DNA of 64,000 nt from Deltaproteobacteria bacterium (GTDB lineage Bacteria > Myxococcota > Kuafuiibacteriia > Kuafuiibacteriales > Kuafuiibacteriaceae): assembly GCA_040218735.1 (NCBI GenBank), contig JAVJQW010000019.1, positions 320,001-384,000 of the forward strand, read 5' to 3'. The translations under genes were made by a program, and so were the position numbers. The notes under the pieces are model-generated. The model was not told the origin of the DNA. It did not search any database and was given only the letters and a program-made list of their open reading frames with translations. Shown one piece after another: positions 10,302 to 20,186 of the stretch. Within the stretch, counting starts at the first letter, position 1. The number at the start of each line of letters is the position of its first letter.

Positions 10302-10601
10302 CTATCGGGTCGCCGGCTGCATTCGATTCAATAGCTTCGCGTCCTCCGCCGGCATGTTCGGGCCGTACGTCACGACGTAGGTCCCGCGCACCGGCGTCGT
10401 CTTGGACGACACGGCGAGCACGAGCGTCTGGCCGTCGGGGTTGCTTCCGGTCTCGACGCGAACGGTCTCGTCGATCACCACGTCCTCCGGCGGGAACGCC
10501 ACCCCCTCGTTGCGAGCGACGAGACCCGCGGGCTCGGCGCGAAACACCTCTCGGTAACCTGCGCGTTCGAGGTCTTGGATGATTTGGGTCAGCGTCTTCA
10601 T
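10302..10601 (-). CDS. Small conserved hypothetical protein
   Basis: MKTLTQIIQDLERAGY...RVETGSNPD...RGTYVVTYG; ATG at 10601 (the upstream part of the track ORF is non-coding-like). Confidence 0.7.
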   Translation of the reverse strand: MKTLTQIIQDLERAGYREVFRAEPAGLVARNEGVAFPPEDVVIDETVRVETGSNPDGQTLVLAVSSKTTPVRGTYVVTYGPNMPAEDAKLLNRMQPATR

Positions 10602-10645
10602 GCCCGCTGAAGGATGCAGAGGGTATGCCGCGCAAGCGCGACCCA

Positions 10646-11404
10646 TCATGCGGGGTGTGCGCCGCGTCGACGTGTCTCGCGCGAGGCAAGATGTCTCAGC
10701 TCCGTCTCCGCAACCGACCGCAGCTGCGCGGTCAGCGCGTCGCGATCCGCGTACGTCATTCCGCGCGTGGGGATCGCTTCGCACAGGATGCCGTGGATCG
10801 AACCAGGACGCACCCGCCACGATCCGTACGGCATCCGCTCCCGCGCCCCGAAGGTCACGAACGGCACGACGGTCGCCTGTGCGCGGATCGCCATCACCGC
10901 AGGACCCTTCTTGTACGGCTGCAGCGCGCCGTCGGGGCTGCGTCGACCTTCGATCGAGATGAAGTAGCTGTCGCCGTCTTCGAGATCGCGGATCGCTCGG
11001 TCGATGCCGCGCTTCGCTTGGGTCGGCCACTGGCGCACGATGACGCGCGCCCCCATCGCGATCGTCGCCGGCCCGATGAACGGGAGCAGGCCGTACTCGA
11101 AGTTGATGATCAGGCGAAAGGGGATCGGCACCATGGCGGTCTTGGTGAAGGACTCGACCAGGCTCGTCTGATTCAGGTGGACGAAGAGATAGGGTGGGTC
11201 GTCGTAGGCCGAGTTGCGATCGTCCACGGTGACTTGGAGCCCGAAGATGGCTTGTTGAAGTCGACCCCAGGACTCCATCCACGCGCCGGCGCGTCTTCGA
11301 TCGAACCAACCCATCGTGGAGACCGCGGAGAGCATCGGCGCGGTCGTGGCGATCGAACCCATCCACCGAAGACCGGCGCCCAGCGCGGACGGTTCAGAAG
11401 GCAT
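10646..11404 (-). CDS. PlsC-like lysophospholipid acyltransferase
   Basis: HLNQTSLVE (variant of NHxSxxD), SIEGRRS, PYKKG and VVP motifs. Confidence 0.8.
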   Translation of the reverse strand: MPSEPSALGAGLRWMGSIATTAPMLSAVSTMGWFDRRRAGAWMESWGRLQQAIFGLQVTVDDRNSAYDDPPYLFVHLNQTSLVESFTKTAMVPIPFRLIINFEYGLLPFIGPATIAMGARVIVRQWPTQAKRGIDRAIRDLEDGDSYFISIEGRRSPDGALQPYKKGPAVMAIRAQATVVPFVTFGARERMPYGSWRVRPGSIHGILCEAIPTRGMTYADRDALTAQLRSVAETELRHLASRETRRRGAHPA

Positions 11405-12092
11405 TGTGTCCGATCCCCCACAAGTCATGCAGCGCGACCCCGAGATCGAAGCGCCACGTCCGGGCGTCGAACGGGTCCGCGTCGGCGCGCGAGGCGTAGC
11501 GGCGCACGTCGACGCCCGCGCCCAGCCACAGCGACAACGAACCCATGAGTCGAACGAAGACCTCCAACTCACCCAACGCAAAAACCCCGGAGTAAGTTTC
11601 ATCGCCCCGCAGGACCGAAACCCCGGCGGCGATCGAGGGGTCGAACCGCACCCGTCCCCACGCGGGGAAGGCGAAGTGCAGCGACACGCCGCCGTCGACG
11701 CCGCGGCCCCCCACAACCCATTCGCCCCGCTCGCGGACGCCGATCGACTTGCCGTCCACGAGCAAACCCACGGCGAGGTTTCCGGACGCGCGCGGCCAGT
11801 GCACGCCGACCTCGCCGCCGCCGAACATGTCGGTCACGAAACGTGCGTGGGGTTCGTCGCCGGTGACGCCCGAGACGAACGTCGCCCGCAGCTTGAGGAA
11901 CCAGTCGCCACCGTAGACGACGAACCCGAGCCGCGGCGCGTGGTTCAGCGCGCTCGCGTCTCCGTCCGTGCTGCTCAACGTCGTGGCGGCGCCGCGGTAG
12001 CCCGCGACGAGCGCTGCGTAGTCGTGGCCGGCGTAGGCGTTGGCCGGGAGCAACCCCGCGACGAGGACCCACGCGCGCACGTCCCCACGCAT
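11394..12092 (-). CDS. Secreted, probably outer-membrane beta-strand-rich protein
   Basis: Signal peptide ending ANAYA; alternating amphipathic strands; terminal Phe. Confidence 0.55.
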   Translation of the reverse strand: MRGDVRAWVLVAGLLPANAYAGHDYAALVAGYRGAATTLSSTDGDASALNHAPRLGFVVYGGDWFLKLRATFVSGVTGDEPHARFVTDMFGGGEVGVHWPRASGNLAVGLLVDGKSIGVRERGEWVVGGRGVDGGVSLHFAFPAWGRVRFDPSIAAGVSVLRGDETYSGVFALGELEVFVRLMGSLSLWLGAGVDVRRYASRADADPFDARTWRFDLGVALHDLWGIGHNAF

Positions 12093-12144
12093 CGCACGCC
12101 GACGCGACACGCGACAATCACCCCGACCCGCTATACTCGCCGAC

Positions 12145-12537
12145 GTGCGGCTCGTGATCACCACCTTGTTGGCCCTCGCGACCGCAGCGCCCCCGGCGTC
12201 GCAGCCCGCGTCGAGGCCGGGCAAGACGGCGGCGGATCTCCTCACCGACACGCAGCTCCCGCAGCAGGAGCAGGCGCTCGGTTGGTGGCTCGGCGGCGCC
12301 GGCACCATCGGCCTCGCGGCGGGCGTGTTTGCGCTCTACCTCGCGGATCGGTCGAGCCCCGGACCCACCCGCGACCTCGAGTACGCCACCGGCGTGACCT
12401 TCGTAGGGCTCGGCGCGGCCGTGCTCGTCGCGGGCATCTACACCATGGCCGCCAAGGACCCCGGGCCCTGCGAGACCGACGGTACCGCGCTGTCGGCCGT
12501 GATCATCACCCCGGCCGGCGTGGTCGCCCGCTTCTGA
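12145..12537 (+). CDS. Hypothetical membrane protein
   Basis: Signal-like N-terminus, two Gly-rich TM segments, C-terminal GVVARF; start uncertain. Confidence 0.55.
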   Translation: MRLVITTLLALATAAPPASQPASRPGKTAADLLTDTQLPQQEQALGWWLGGAGTIGLAAGVFALYLADRSSPGPTRDLEYATGVTFVGLGAAVLVAGIYTMAAKDPGPCETDGTALSAVIITPAGVVARF

Positions 12538-12580
12538 TCGGGTGGCGACCCACCCGCAACTTTGATACTCGCCAACGCAC

Positions 12581-15256
12581 GTGGGGCTGACGTGCACGCT
12601 CCTGCTCGCGCTCGTCGCGCAGCAGCCGCCGGCGCAGCTCACGAAGCCGCCCGAGCTGGTCCAGTACGTCGAGGCGCCGTACCCCGCGGAGGCCGAGGAG
12701 CTCGGGTTGGAGGGCACCGTGGTGCTCACGCTCGACGTCGACGCGGAGGGGCTCGTGCAGCGCGTCGAGCTCGTCGAGTCCGCGGGGTTCGGGTTCGACG
12801 AAGCCGCGATGAACGCGGCGGCCGGTTTTGTCTTCTCGCCGGCCGAGGCGGGGGAGCTCGGGCCGGTGCCGGTGAAGATCACGTATCGCTACGGCTTTGT
12901 GTTGCAGGACCCCACGGCCACCACGACCGCCACCGTCGCGACCGCGACCGCGGCGGATCCCGTCGCGCCGAAGCCGCCCGATCCGATCAACTTCCGCGGG
13001 ACCGTGCTCGAAGCCGGGTTCCGCAAGCCGGTCGCGTTTGCGAACGTCACGGTGTCGATCGCAAACACCGCGACGGTCACGCGCACGTCGACGCAGTCCG
13101 ACGACGCCGGGCGCTTTGCGTTCCGCGGCCTCCCCGCGGGACAGCACGTCGTCACCGTGCGCGCGCCGTTCTTCGAGCGCCTCGACACCAAGGAGCGGGT
13201 GCGCGACGGCGAGGTGTTGGAGGTCGTCTACTTCGCGACGCGCGCCGAGCGTGACCCGTACGAGGTCGTCGTCCGCGCGAAGCTGCCGCGCAAGGAGGTG
13301 TCGCGCACCACGCTGCGCTTCGAAGACGTGGAGCGGCTCCCCGGAACCCAGGGCGACGCCATCCGCGTCGTGCAGAACCTCCCCGGCGTTTCGCGCACGC
13401 CGTTCGGCGTGGGTTTGCTCGTCGTCCGCGGCGCGCCGCCGCAGGACACCGGTGTGTTCCTCGACGGGCACCGCCTCCCGCTCCTGTTCCACTTCGGCGG
13501 GCTCGGCGGTCTGACGAGCGTCGTCTACGCGCGAGCGTTGGAGGGGATCAGCTTTGCGCCCGGTGGGTTCGGTCCGCGGCAGGGGCGCATCTCGGCGGGC
13601 ATCGTGGAGCTCGACACGAAGTTCGCGGCGACCGATCGCGTGCACGGCGAGGCGGTCGTCGACATCGCCGGCGCGTCGGTGTTCTTGGAGGGGCCGGTCT
13701 CCTCCGACCCGAACGACGGTGCGTTCACCATCGCGCTCCGCCGCAGCTATGTGGACGGCGTGCTCGCGGGGGTGCTGTCCGCGCTCGACGCCTCCGCGAC
13801 GTTGGCGCCGCGGTACTACGACTATCAGGTGCGGTACGACCGCCCCGTCGGCGGCGACGACAAGCGGATGTTCTCGCTGCTCGCGTACGGCTCCGACGAC
13901 GAGATCCTCTTGCTCGGGAGCACGACGCAGGCGTCGGGTGCGCCGGAGGGGACGCAGTCGCGCACCTTCTTCCACCGCATCAACCCGAGCTTCACGTACC
14001 GCCCGGACACGAGCACCTGGTTCCGCATCTCACCGATCCTCGGCTATGACTTCACGAACACTCAGACGTCGGGTGACCCGTCCGGCAACAACATCCAGTT
14101 CCGTCTGAGCAATGTGAACGGCGGCGTGCGAGTCGACGGGAAGTCACCGCTGGCAGAAAACCTCCGACTCACCGCGGGCGGTGACTTCCTCTACTTCCGC
14201 TTCGACACGGACAGCACGCTCCCCGTCTTCCCCGCGATCCGCGACTTCCCGAGCCCGTTGCCGACCGACACCGCGCTGCGCGAGGACAAGGTCACCGTCC
14301 CCGCGGTCCTCGGCTCGGCGTACGCGGAGCTGGAGTACCAGCCGTTCGAAGCGCTGCGCATCTGGCCGGGGGTGCGTTTCGATCTCTACAGCTTCGACGC
14401 GGTCGCGGACGTGAATTCGGCGGTCGACCCGCGCCTCGTCGAGGGGCGCTCGTTGTTCGGGTTCGATCCGCGGCTGAGCGCGCGTTACACGCTCACGGAC
14501 AGCGTCAGCCTGAAGGCCCAGGCCGGGCTCTACCAGCAGCCTCCGCTCCCCACGCAGTTCTACGTGAACGCGGACCTCCCGCTACTGAAGGCGCAGCAAT
14601 ATTCGGGTGGGTTCGAGTGGAAAATCATCGACCGACTCTCGCTCGACCTCGTGGGTTTTCATCGCTACCAGTCGAACGTCCCGCGTTTCTCCGGGGACAC
14701 GGAGGTCGTGGACGGCGTGGTGCGCCTCGTCGGCTTCCGGCCGGATGGGTTGCGTCGTTCGTACGGCGCCGAGATGTTGTTGAAGCTCGAGAAGCGCTGG
14801 GGGCTGTTCGGGTGGATCGCGTACACGCTGAGTCGGAGTGAGTTCCGTCGGCGTGACGAGGAGTGGGGGCGCAACCTCTACTTCGACCAGACGCACAACG
14901 TGAACGTGGTCGCGTCGTATGACCTCGGCCTGAATTGGACGCTGTCGATGCGCTTCCGCTACGTGACGGGCGGCGGCCTCCCCACGACGACCTACCGGCA
15001 CTACGACGCCGACGAGGACCAGTACGACCGCGAGACCGGGGACCTCCAGCGCGCGCCGGCGTTCCACCAGCTCGACGTGCGCATCGACAAGCGGTGGATC
15101 TTCGACAGCTGGTACTTGGAGGCGTACCTGGACATCAACAACGTCTACAATCGGAGCAACACGGAGATCTACGTGCCGTCGTTCGACTTCAAAGAGGAGG
15201 TCGCCATCCCGAGCCTCCCGTTCTTCCCGCTCATCGGGTTCAAGGGGGTGTTCTGA
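12581..15256 (+). CDS. TonB-dependent receptor with N-terminal TonB-C domain and carboxypeptidase-regulatory-like domain
   Basis: YPAEA..GLEGTVVL..G.GFDEAA (TonB C); VQNLPGV and VRG plug motifs; FHQLDVRIDK and YLDINNVYN; terminal F. Confidence 0.93.
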   Translation: MGLTCTLLLALVAQQPPAQLTKPPELVQYVEAPYPAEAEELGLEGTVVLTLDVDAEGLVQRVELVESAGFGFDEAAMNAAAGFVFSPAEAGELGPVPVKITYRYGFVLQDPTATTTATVATATAADPVAPKPPDPINFRGTVLEAGFRKPVAFANVTVSIANTATVTRTSTQSDDAGRFAFRGLPAGQHVVTVRAPFFERLDTKERVRDGEVLEVVYFATRAERDPYEVVVRAKLPRKEVSRTTLRFEDVERLPGTQGDAIRVVQNLPGVSRTPFGVGLLVVRGAPPQDTGVFLDGHRLPLLFHFGGLGGLTSVVYARALEGISFAPGGFGPRQGRISAGIVELDTKFAATDRVHGEAVVDIAGASVFLEGPVSSDPNDGAFTIALRRSYVDGVLAGVLSALDASATLAPRYYDYQVRYDRPVGGDDKRMFSLLAYGSDDEILLLGSTTQASGAPEGTQSRTFFHRINPSFTYRPDTSTWFRISPILGYDFTNTQTSGDPSGNNIQFRLSNVNGGVRVDGKSPLAENLRLTAGGDFLYFRFDTDSTLPVFPAIRDFPSPLPTDTALREDKVTVPAVLGSAYAELEYQPFEALRIWPGVRFDLYSFDAVADVNSAVDPRLVEGRSLFGFDPRLSARYTLTDSVSLKAQAGLYQQPPLPTQFYVNADLPLLKAQQYSGGFEWKIIDRLSLDLVGFHRYQSNVPRFSGDTEVVDGVVRLVGFRPDGLRRSYGAEMLLKLEKRWGLFGWIAYTLSRSEFRRRDEEWGRNLYFDQTHNVNVVASYDLGLNWTLSMRFRYVTGGGLPTTTYRHYDADEDQYDRETGDLQRAPAFHQLDVRIDKRWIFDSWYLEAYLDINNVYNRSNTEIYVPSFDFKEEVAIPSLPFFPLIGFKGVF

Positions 15257-16419
15257 TGCGGCGCCTCCTCGTCCTGTTGCTCGCCACGAGCGGGTGCTTC
15301 GAGCTCCCCGACGAGTACCGCATCGAGGACCTGCGTATCGTGGAGGTGCGCGCCGAGCCGCCGGAGATCCCGTTCTTCCGGAGCGCACCGATCGGTGGGA
15401 CGGCGGAAGAGGTGTTTGCTTCCGATCTCGCCAACGAAGACATCCGAATGAGTGTCCTCACCGCGCACCCGGACTTGGACGCCGAGTTTACCTACACATG
15501 GTTTAGGTGCGCGCGGGAGAACGAGAACGACGATCGCGTGGGTGGCTACGGTCGCGTGCCGTGTGAGCCCGAGGACGACGAGGTCGAGGCGCCGCTGGTC
15601 GCGGACTCCGACGACAAGGAGCTCATCTTCAGACCCGAGCCAGCGTATGAATTCTCGCCTGTCGACCTCCTCGTCAACGACCTCCTGAACAGTGGGAGCG
15701 ACCAAGTGGGTTTCGTCGGTTCGCTCGCCGAGGACCCCCGCGATCTCTTCAGTGGACTGCGCCTCAACTTCCACGTGCGCACTGTCGTCACCGACGCCGC
15801 CATCAGTGTCGACACCCCCTCGCTCGACGGCCGCAAACGTGTCGTCCTCTTCGACCCCGCGATTGTCGCGCTCGTGCTCCAGGCCGCGCGCGACGGCGAG
15901 CTCGGCGCCGTGCCGATGGTGCAGGGCGTCGACATCCCCTCGCTCTGCACGAACGTCAGCGCCGGCCAATACGGGACGCTCCTCCGCTACCTCCAAACGC
16001 GCGTCCCGAACCAGTCGCCCGACTACCTCGAGCTGGAGCTGACCCGCGAGGGGGCGACGAGCACCGTCGCCTACGATCCGCGCCAGGGGCCGATCGAGCT
16101 CGACGCCGGAGAGTCGCTCCTGCTCGCCGGGCGCGTCAGCGACGAGAGCTTCGAGACCTACCGCGTCATCGACGACAACTGCGAGCTGGTGGAGCTCGAC
16201 GAGACGATGGCGTGGTCGTGGTTCGTCGTCGACGGCGAGCTGTCCGACCACATCACCTCGCTCGAAGCCGAGCGCCGCGACTTCTCCGGGCACGCCACGC
16301 GTTACACCGCGCCGACGGACTTCGAAGGCGACGAGCTGCGCACGCGGATCTACAGCGTGCTGCGCGACGGGCGCGGGGGATCGGACAGCCTGGTCATCGA
16401 AGTCGTCGTTGGACGTTAG
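15256..16419 (+). CDS. Lipoprotein partner of the TonB-dependent receptor
   Basis: Lipobox ATSGC; DLRIVEVRAEPPE; C-terminal VLRDGRGG; translationally coupled. Confidence 0.8.
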   Translation: MRRLLVLLLATSGCFELPDEYRIEDLRIVEVRAEPPEIPFFRSAPIGGTAEEVFASDLANEDIRMSVLTAHPDLDAEFTYTWFRCARENENDDRVGGYGRVPCEPEDDEVEAPLVADSDDKELIFRPEPAYEFSPVDLLVNDLLNSGSDQVGFVGSLAEDPRDLFSGLRLNFHVRTVVTDAAISVDTPSLDGRKRVVLFDPAIVALVLQAARDGELGAVPMVQGVDIPSLCTNVSAGQYGTLLRYLQTRVPNQSPDYLELELTREGATSTVAYDPRQGPIELDAGESLLLAGRVSDESFETYRVIDDNCELVELDETMAWSWFVVDGELSDHITSLEAERRDFSGHATRYTAPTDFEGDELRTRIYSVLRDGRGGSDSLVIEVVVGR

Positions 16420-16421
16420 CG

Positions 16422-19400
16422 CTACGGCGTGAGCTGGTAGTCGATCGCGAGGACGAGCTGGTCGACCGTGACCGTCGGCGGGACGGGGCGACGGCCGCGA
16501 CGCCCGCGCGTGGTGACGGCGAAGATCACCCGGTCCGGGCGGGTCGCGACGAGGTCGCCGACGTCGGTGGCCGTCGAGACGTCGGCGCGCGCGGGTGCGG
16601 TGGTCGGCGCTGTGTCGTCGCCGATGACCCGCCACGTGGTTTGGCCGGCGTCGTACGCGAGGACTTCGAAGCCGTTCACCGTCGTGGTGCCGGCGTCGGT
16701 CGCGGCGCCGCCGGCGACGACCGTCGCGGAGAGGCCGGTGATCGCAGCGGGCGTGACGCGTGCCGCGGTCAGATCGACGGACGCGATCACCGCGGGGCGC
16801 GCGTCGGGATCGACGTCGAGATCGTACACCGCGCCCGGCGGCTCCCCCGGAGGGCTGCCGTTCGTCGCGAGGAAGCGGCGCCGCGCGGGATCGTAGTGGT
16901 GGAACGTCGGCCCGTTGTTGACGCCGGCGGGGATCGGCGGGTCCGCGAGATCGACCGGCCGCCAGACGCCCGCGTCGTCGAGCTCGTAGGCGTCGCCGCG
17001 ATCCTCGAACGCCATCACGCGTTCCCGCACTGGGTCGTAGGCGAGGCGGCCTCCCGGGGCCGGAGTCACCGCGGTGAAGCCGTCGTCGTAGCGGTGCGCG
17101 GCGGTGCGGCCGTCGACGATCAGCGCGCCCTGACCGACGGACACCATCTGCGTAAGCTCCGGGTTCAGGCCGAGGTTCGCGGGCCCCTGGTCGAAGCGCG
17201 TCCACGCCGCGCCGTCGAAACGCCACAGCGCCCAGCCGCCGCTCGCCGGCTCGACGAACGTGACGAGCTCGCCGCGCGACGGGTCGTAGGTCGCGACGAG
17301 TGTCTCCAGCACATCGCGAGAGACCGGGCCGCCCGGCGGCGACGTCCACGCGCCCGTCGACGTGAGCACCGAGAACCGCGCCGGGTTCAGCGCGAAGGTC
17401 CGCCCCCAGTAGTACGTCAGGTCGCGCAGCGGATCGAAGGCCACCGTCCCGAGCGTGAGCTCGGGTCCGCCGCTCGCGTGGAGGCGCCACCCGCTCGGCG
17501 ACCAGCGCCATACACGTTCGTCGAGGTCCCCGATCAGCAGCAGCTCCTCGTTCGCGGTGTCGAAGGTCGTCGCGCCGCGGCCCGGGACCGTCGTGGCCGG
17601 CGCTTGGGACGACGGGGTCCGCACGCGGCGACCGGAGGGTGACAGCGCGTAGGTGTCGGCGGGTTCGATGTCGCCCCCGCCGAGCGGAGCGCCGGTGATC
17701 GTGACCGGCGGCTCCTGGCCCACCGACGCGGCGGTGATGCCGATGCCCGCGGGCCCGGCGCCGGGCATCGACGTCCAGGCGGCGCCGTCCCACCACCACG
17801 TGTCCGCCAGCCCCGCGTCCTGTTGCGTGAGCTGCCGTGCGCGTGGCTCTCGGTCCGTCCCCGCGACGACGCCGATCCGCATCGAGCGCGGATCGAACAC
17901 CATCCTGTGACCGCCTCGCGCGGGCGGCCAAGGTTGGGTCCGAGTGAGCTCCGTCCACGTCGTCCCGTCCCAGGCCCACAGATCGTCGAGGGGGTCGCGG
18001 TTGGCGTCGAAGCCTCCGAACAGCAGCACGCGCTCGGTGACCGGGTCGTAGATCATCGCCGCGCGATCGCGCGGGGGCGGCGTCGTCCCGGGCGAGCGCT
18101 CGGTCCATCGCAACCCCGCCGGCGCGTCGCTCGTCGTGCGCACGGCCTCGAGCTCCCACGTGTCACCGAGGGTCTCGCGGAAGCCGGGCACGTCCGGGCC
18201 GGGCACCTGGAGCGTGCCGGTGTTGCCGCCGAACACGACGACGCGGCGGCGCTTCGGATCGTAGGTCACCGCGTGCCCGACACGGCCGACGGGGCCTTCG
18301 CCGAGCAGCGGGACGTCCGCCCACGTCTGGCCGTTCCACCCGAACGCGACGAGCTCGTCGACCGCGGTCTCGGGCAGCGGCGGCGGGGCGACCGGATCGA
18401 GTCGGCGGCACACCACGATCGTCTGGCTGACGCTCGCGGCGAAGGTGGTGTAGCCGAACGGGTCGTCGCCGAACGACGTGCCGTCCTCGCACCGCGGGAA
18501 GCCGGCGGGGTCGCCGCCGCGATGCCACGCGGCGCCGTCCCACTCCCAGACGTCGGTCTGCACGAGGTCGCCGGCCGAGCGACCGCCGACGACGATCGCG
18601 CGTCGGCGCGTCGGGTCGTACGCCGTGCCCGCGAAGCGTCGCGCGTCGGGGGCGGCGACCACGGAGGGGAGGTGGCGGGTGTAGCTGAAGGGGGCCTGCG
18701 CCGTCACGACGCCGCTGCCCGTGGAGGTGAGCGCCGAGATGTCGATGACGTCGCGGCGACCGGGGCCGTCGAAGAGCAGATCGTCGGTCAGGTGGCGCCG
18801 CGTCAGCGCGCGGATCGGTGGCGGGCTGTTGCCGCTCGCGGTCGCGGGCGAGACCCACTGCACGTGCTGAACGAGCGCGGCCTCACGCGCGTGCAGGCTG
18901 CCCGACGCGCTGATCGCGAGCACGTACACCGCGAGTCGATCGACGGGAACGAGCCGCACCGAGAATGCGCCGTTTTCGTCGGCCTGCGCTTGCCCCGCGC
19001 GTACCGCGATGACGTCGGTGCCGTCGAACACCTGCGCGTCGTCGTAGACGTGTACGAACGCAAACGGCGTCACCGCGCCGGGCTGGCCGACCACCTCGAA
19101 CCGCGGCGTCGGATCGTCCGCCGTGCCCCACGCCGCGCGGCGGTAGACGATCCGGCCCGGGGTCTCGACGTCGGGCGGATCGGGCACGCGACGTTCGACG
19201 TCGTAGGCGGCTTCGTCGAGCGTGATGACCGCTTCGTTGCCGGCGAGGTCCGTCGCGGTGAGCACCGGTTGCTGCGGCCCCTCCGGATCCTCGGGGCCGA
19301 CCGTCCGCGTGTACACCCAAGTGCTGTTCACGCGCGCGACGAGATTGAAAGGCAGCTCCGAGTCGGCGAGCGCCAGCGTGGGCGTCGAGCTCACGGTCTC

Positions 19401-20186
19401 CGTGAGCGAGAACGACACGCGCACTTCGATGCCGTCGTCGGCGCGCGTGACCGCGACGAAGTCGCCGGGCGCGGTGAGCTGCAGGACGGTCGTCCCGGGG
19501 ACGACCGCGGGCGGGAAGAGATCGCGCTGCACGACGAGCGACGCGCGGTCCGACGGATAACCGGCGCGGTCCTCGAGCTGCACGACGACGGAGCGCGGTC
19601 CGTCGACGCACGCCCCGGCTTCGCGGCAAGCGGCGTCGAGGTCGTACGGCACGGTGAACGTGTCGCCGCCGTCGACGTCGACGTCGGCGCGCCCCAACGA
19701 CAAGCCCGGGTCCTGCGCGACGATCACGTGCGCGATGTCCGGACGGCTCGACGTGATCCGCAGCGTGACGTTCGGATCACGCGCGAAGCCCAGCTCGGCG
19801 CCGTCGATCGACAGGGCTTCGACCGACGCGACCGCGCGGATCTCGACCTCCACTTCGACGGTCTTCGCCTCGCCCGCCACGAGCGAGAACGGCTCGGAGA
19901 TGCCGTAGCCGAGGATGCGCGCCGTCGCCGGGTCGGGGCCTTCGCGCACCTCGACCACCGCGACGTGGCCCTCGCCGTTACGGACCGACAACGTCGCCGC
20001 GCCCCCCGACGCAGGCACGACCGCGCCGCCGAGCACCGCCCCGCCGTCGTCGCGGACCGTGACGTGGAGCCACGTGTCCTCGATGCGGTTCGCGAGCTCG
20101 CCGGTCAGACGAAAGGAGAGCCCGATGGAGCCTTCGCCCGTGCAACCCAGCGCGAGGAGGACCAGCAGCGGCGCCGCGCGCCGCAT
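16422..20186 (-). CDS. Large lipoprotein with Ig-like domains and kelch-like beta-propeller repeats
   Basis: Lipobox LALGC; repeated YDPxRxRxxxFGG...DxWxWDGxxW units. Confidence 0.85.
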   Translation of the reverse strand: MRRAAPLLVLLALGCTGEGSIGLSFRLTGELANRIEDTWLHVTVRDDGGAVLGGAVVPASGGAATLSVRNGEGHVAVVEVREGPDPATARILGYGISEPFSLVAGEAKTVEVEVEIRAVASVEALSIDGAELGFARDPNVTLRITSSRPDIAHVIVAQDPGLSLGRADVDVDGGDTFTVPYDLDAACREAGACVDGPRSVVVQLEDRAGYPSDRASLVVQRDLFPPAVVPGTTVLQLTAPGDFVAVTRADDGIEVRVSFSLTETVSSTPTLALADSELPFNLVARVNSTWVYTRTVGPEDPEGPQQPVLTATDLAGNEAVITLDEAAYDVERRVPDPPDVETPGRIVYRRAAWGTADDPTPRFEVVGQPGAVTPFAFVHVYDDAQVFDGTDVIAVRAGQAQADENGAFSVRLVPVDRLAVYVLAISASGSLHAREAALVQHVQWVSPATASGNSPPPIRALTRRHLTDDLLFDGPGRRDVIDISALTSTGSGVVTAQAPFSYTRHLPSVVAAPDARRFAGTAYDPTRRRAIVVGGRSAGDLVQTDVWEWDGAAWHRGGDPAGFPRCEDGTSFGDDPFGYTTFAASVSQTIVVCRRLDPVAPPPLPETAVDELVAFGWNGQTWADVPLLGEGPVGRVGHAVTYDPKRRRVVVFGGNTGTLQVPGPDVPGFRETLGDTWELEAVRTTSDAPAGLRWTERSPGTTPPPRDRAAMIYDPVTERVLLFGGFDANRDPLDDLWAWDGTTWTELTRTQPWPPARGGHRMVFDPRSMRIGVVAGTDREPRARQLTQQDAGLADTWWWDGAAWTSMPGAGPAGIGITAASVGQEPPVTITGAPLGGGDIEPADTYALSPSGRRVRTPSSQAPATTVPGRGATTFDTANEELLLIGDLDERVWRWSPSGWRLHASGGPELTLGTVAFDPLRDLTYYWGRTFALNPARFSVLTSTGAWTSPPGGPVSRDVLETLVATYDPSRGELVTFVEPASGGWALWRFDGAAWTRFDQGPANLGLNPELTQMVSVGQGALIVDGRTAAHRYDDGFTAVTPAPGGRLAYDPVRERVMAFEDRGDAYELDDAGVWRPVDLADPPIPAGVNNGPTFHHYDPARRRFLATNGSPPGEPPGAVYDLDVDPDARPAVIASVDLTAARVTPAAITGLSATVVAGGAATDAGTTTVNGFEVLAYDAGQTTWRVIGDDTAPTTAPARADVSTATDVGDLVATRPDRVIFAVTTRGRRGRRPVPPTVTVDQLVLAIDYQLTP

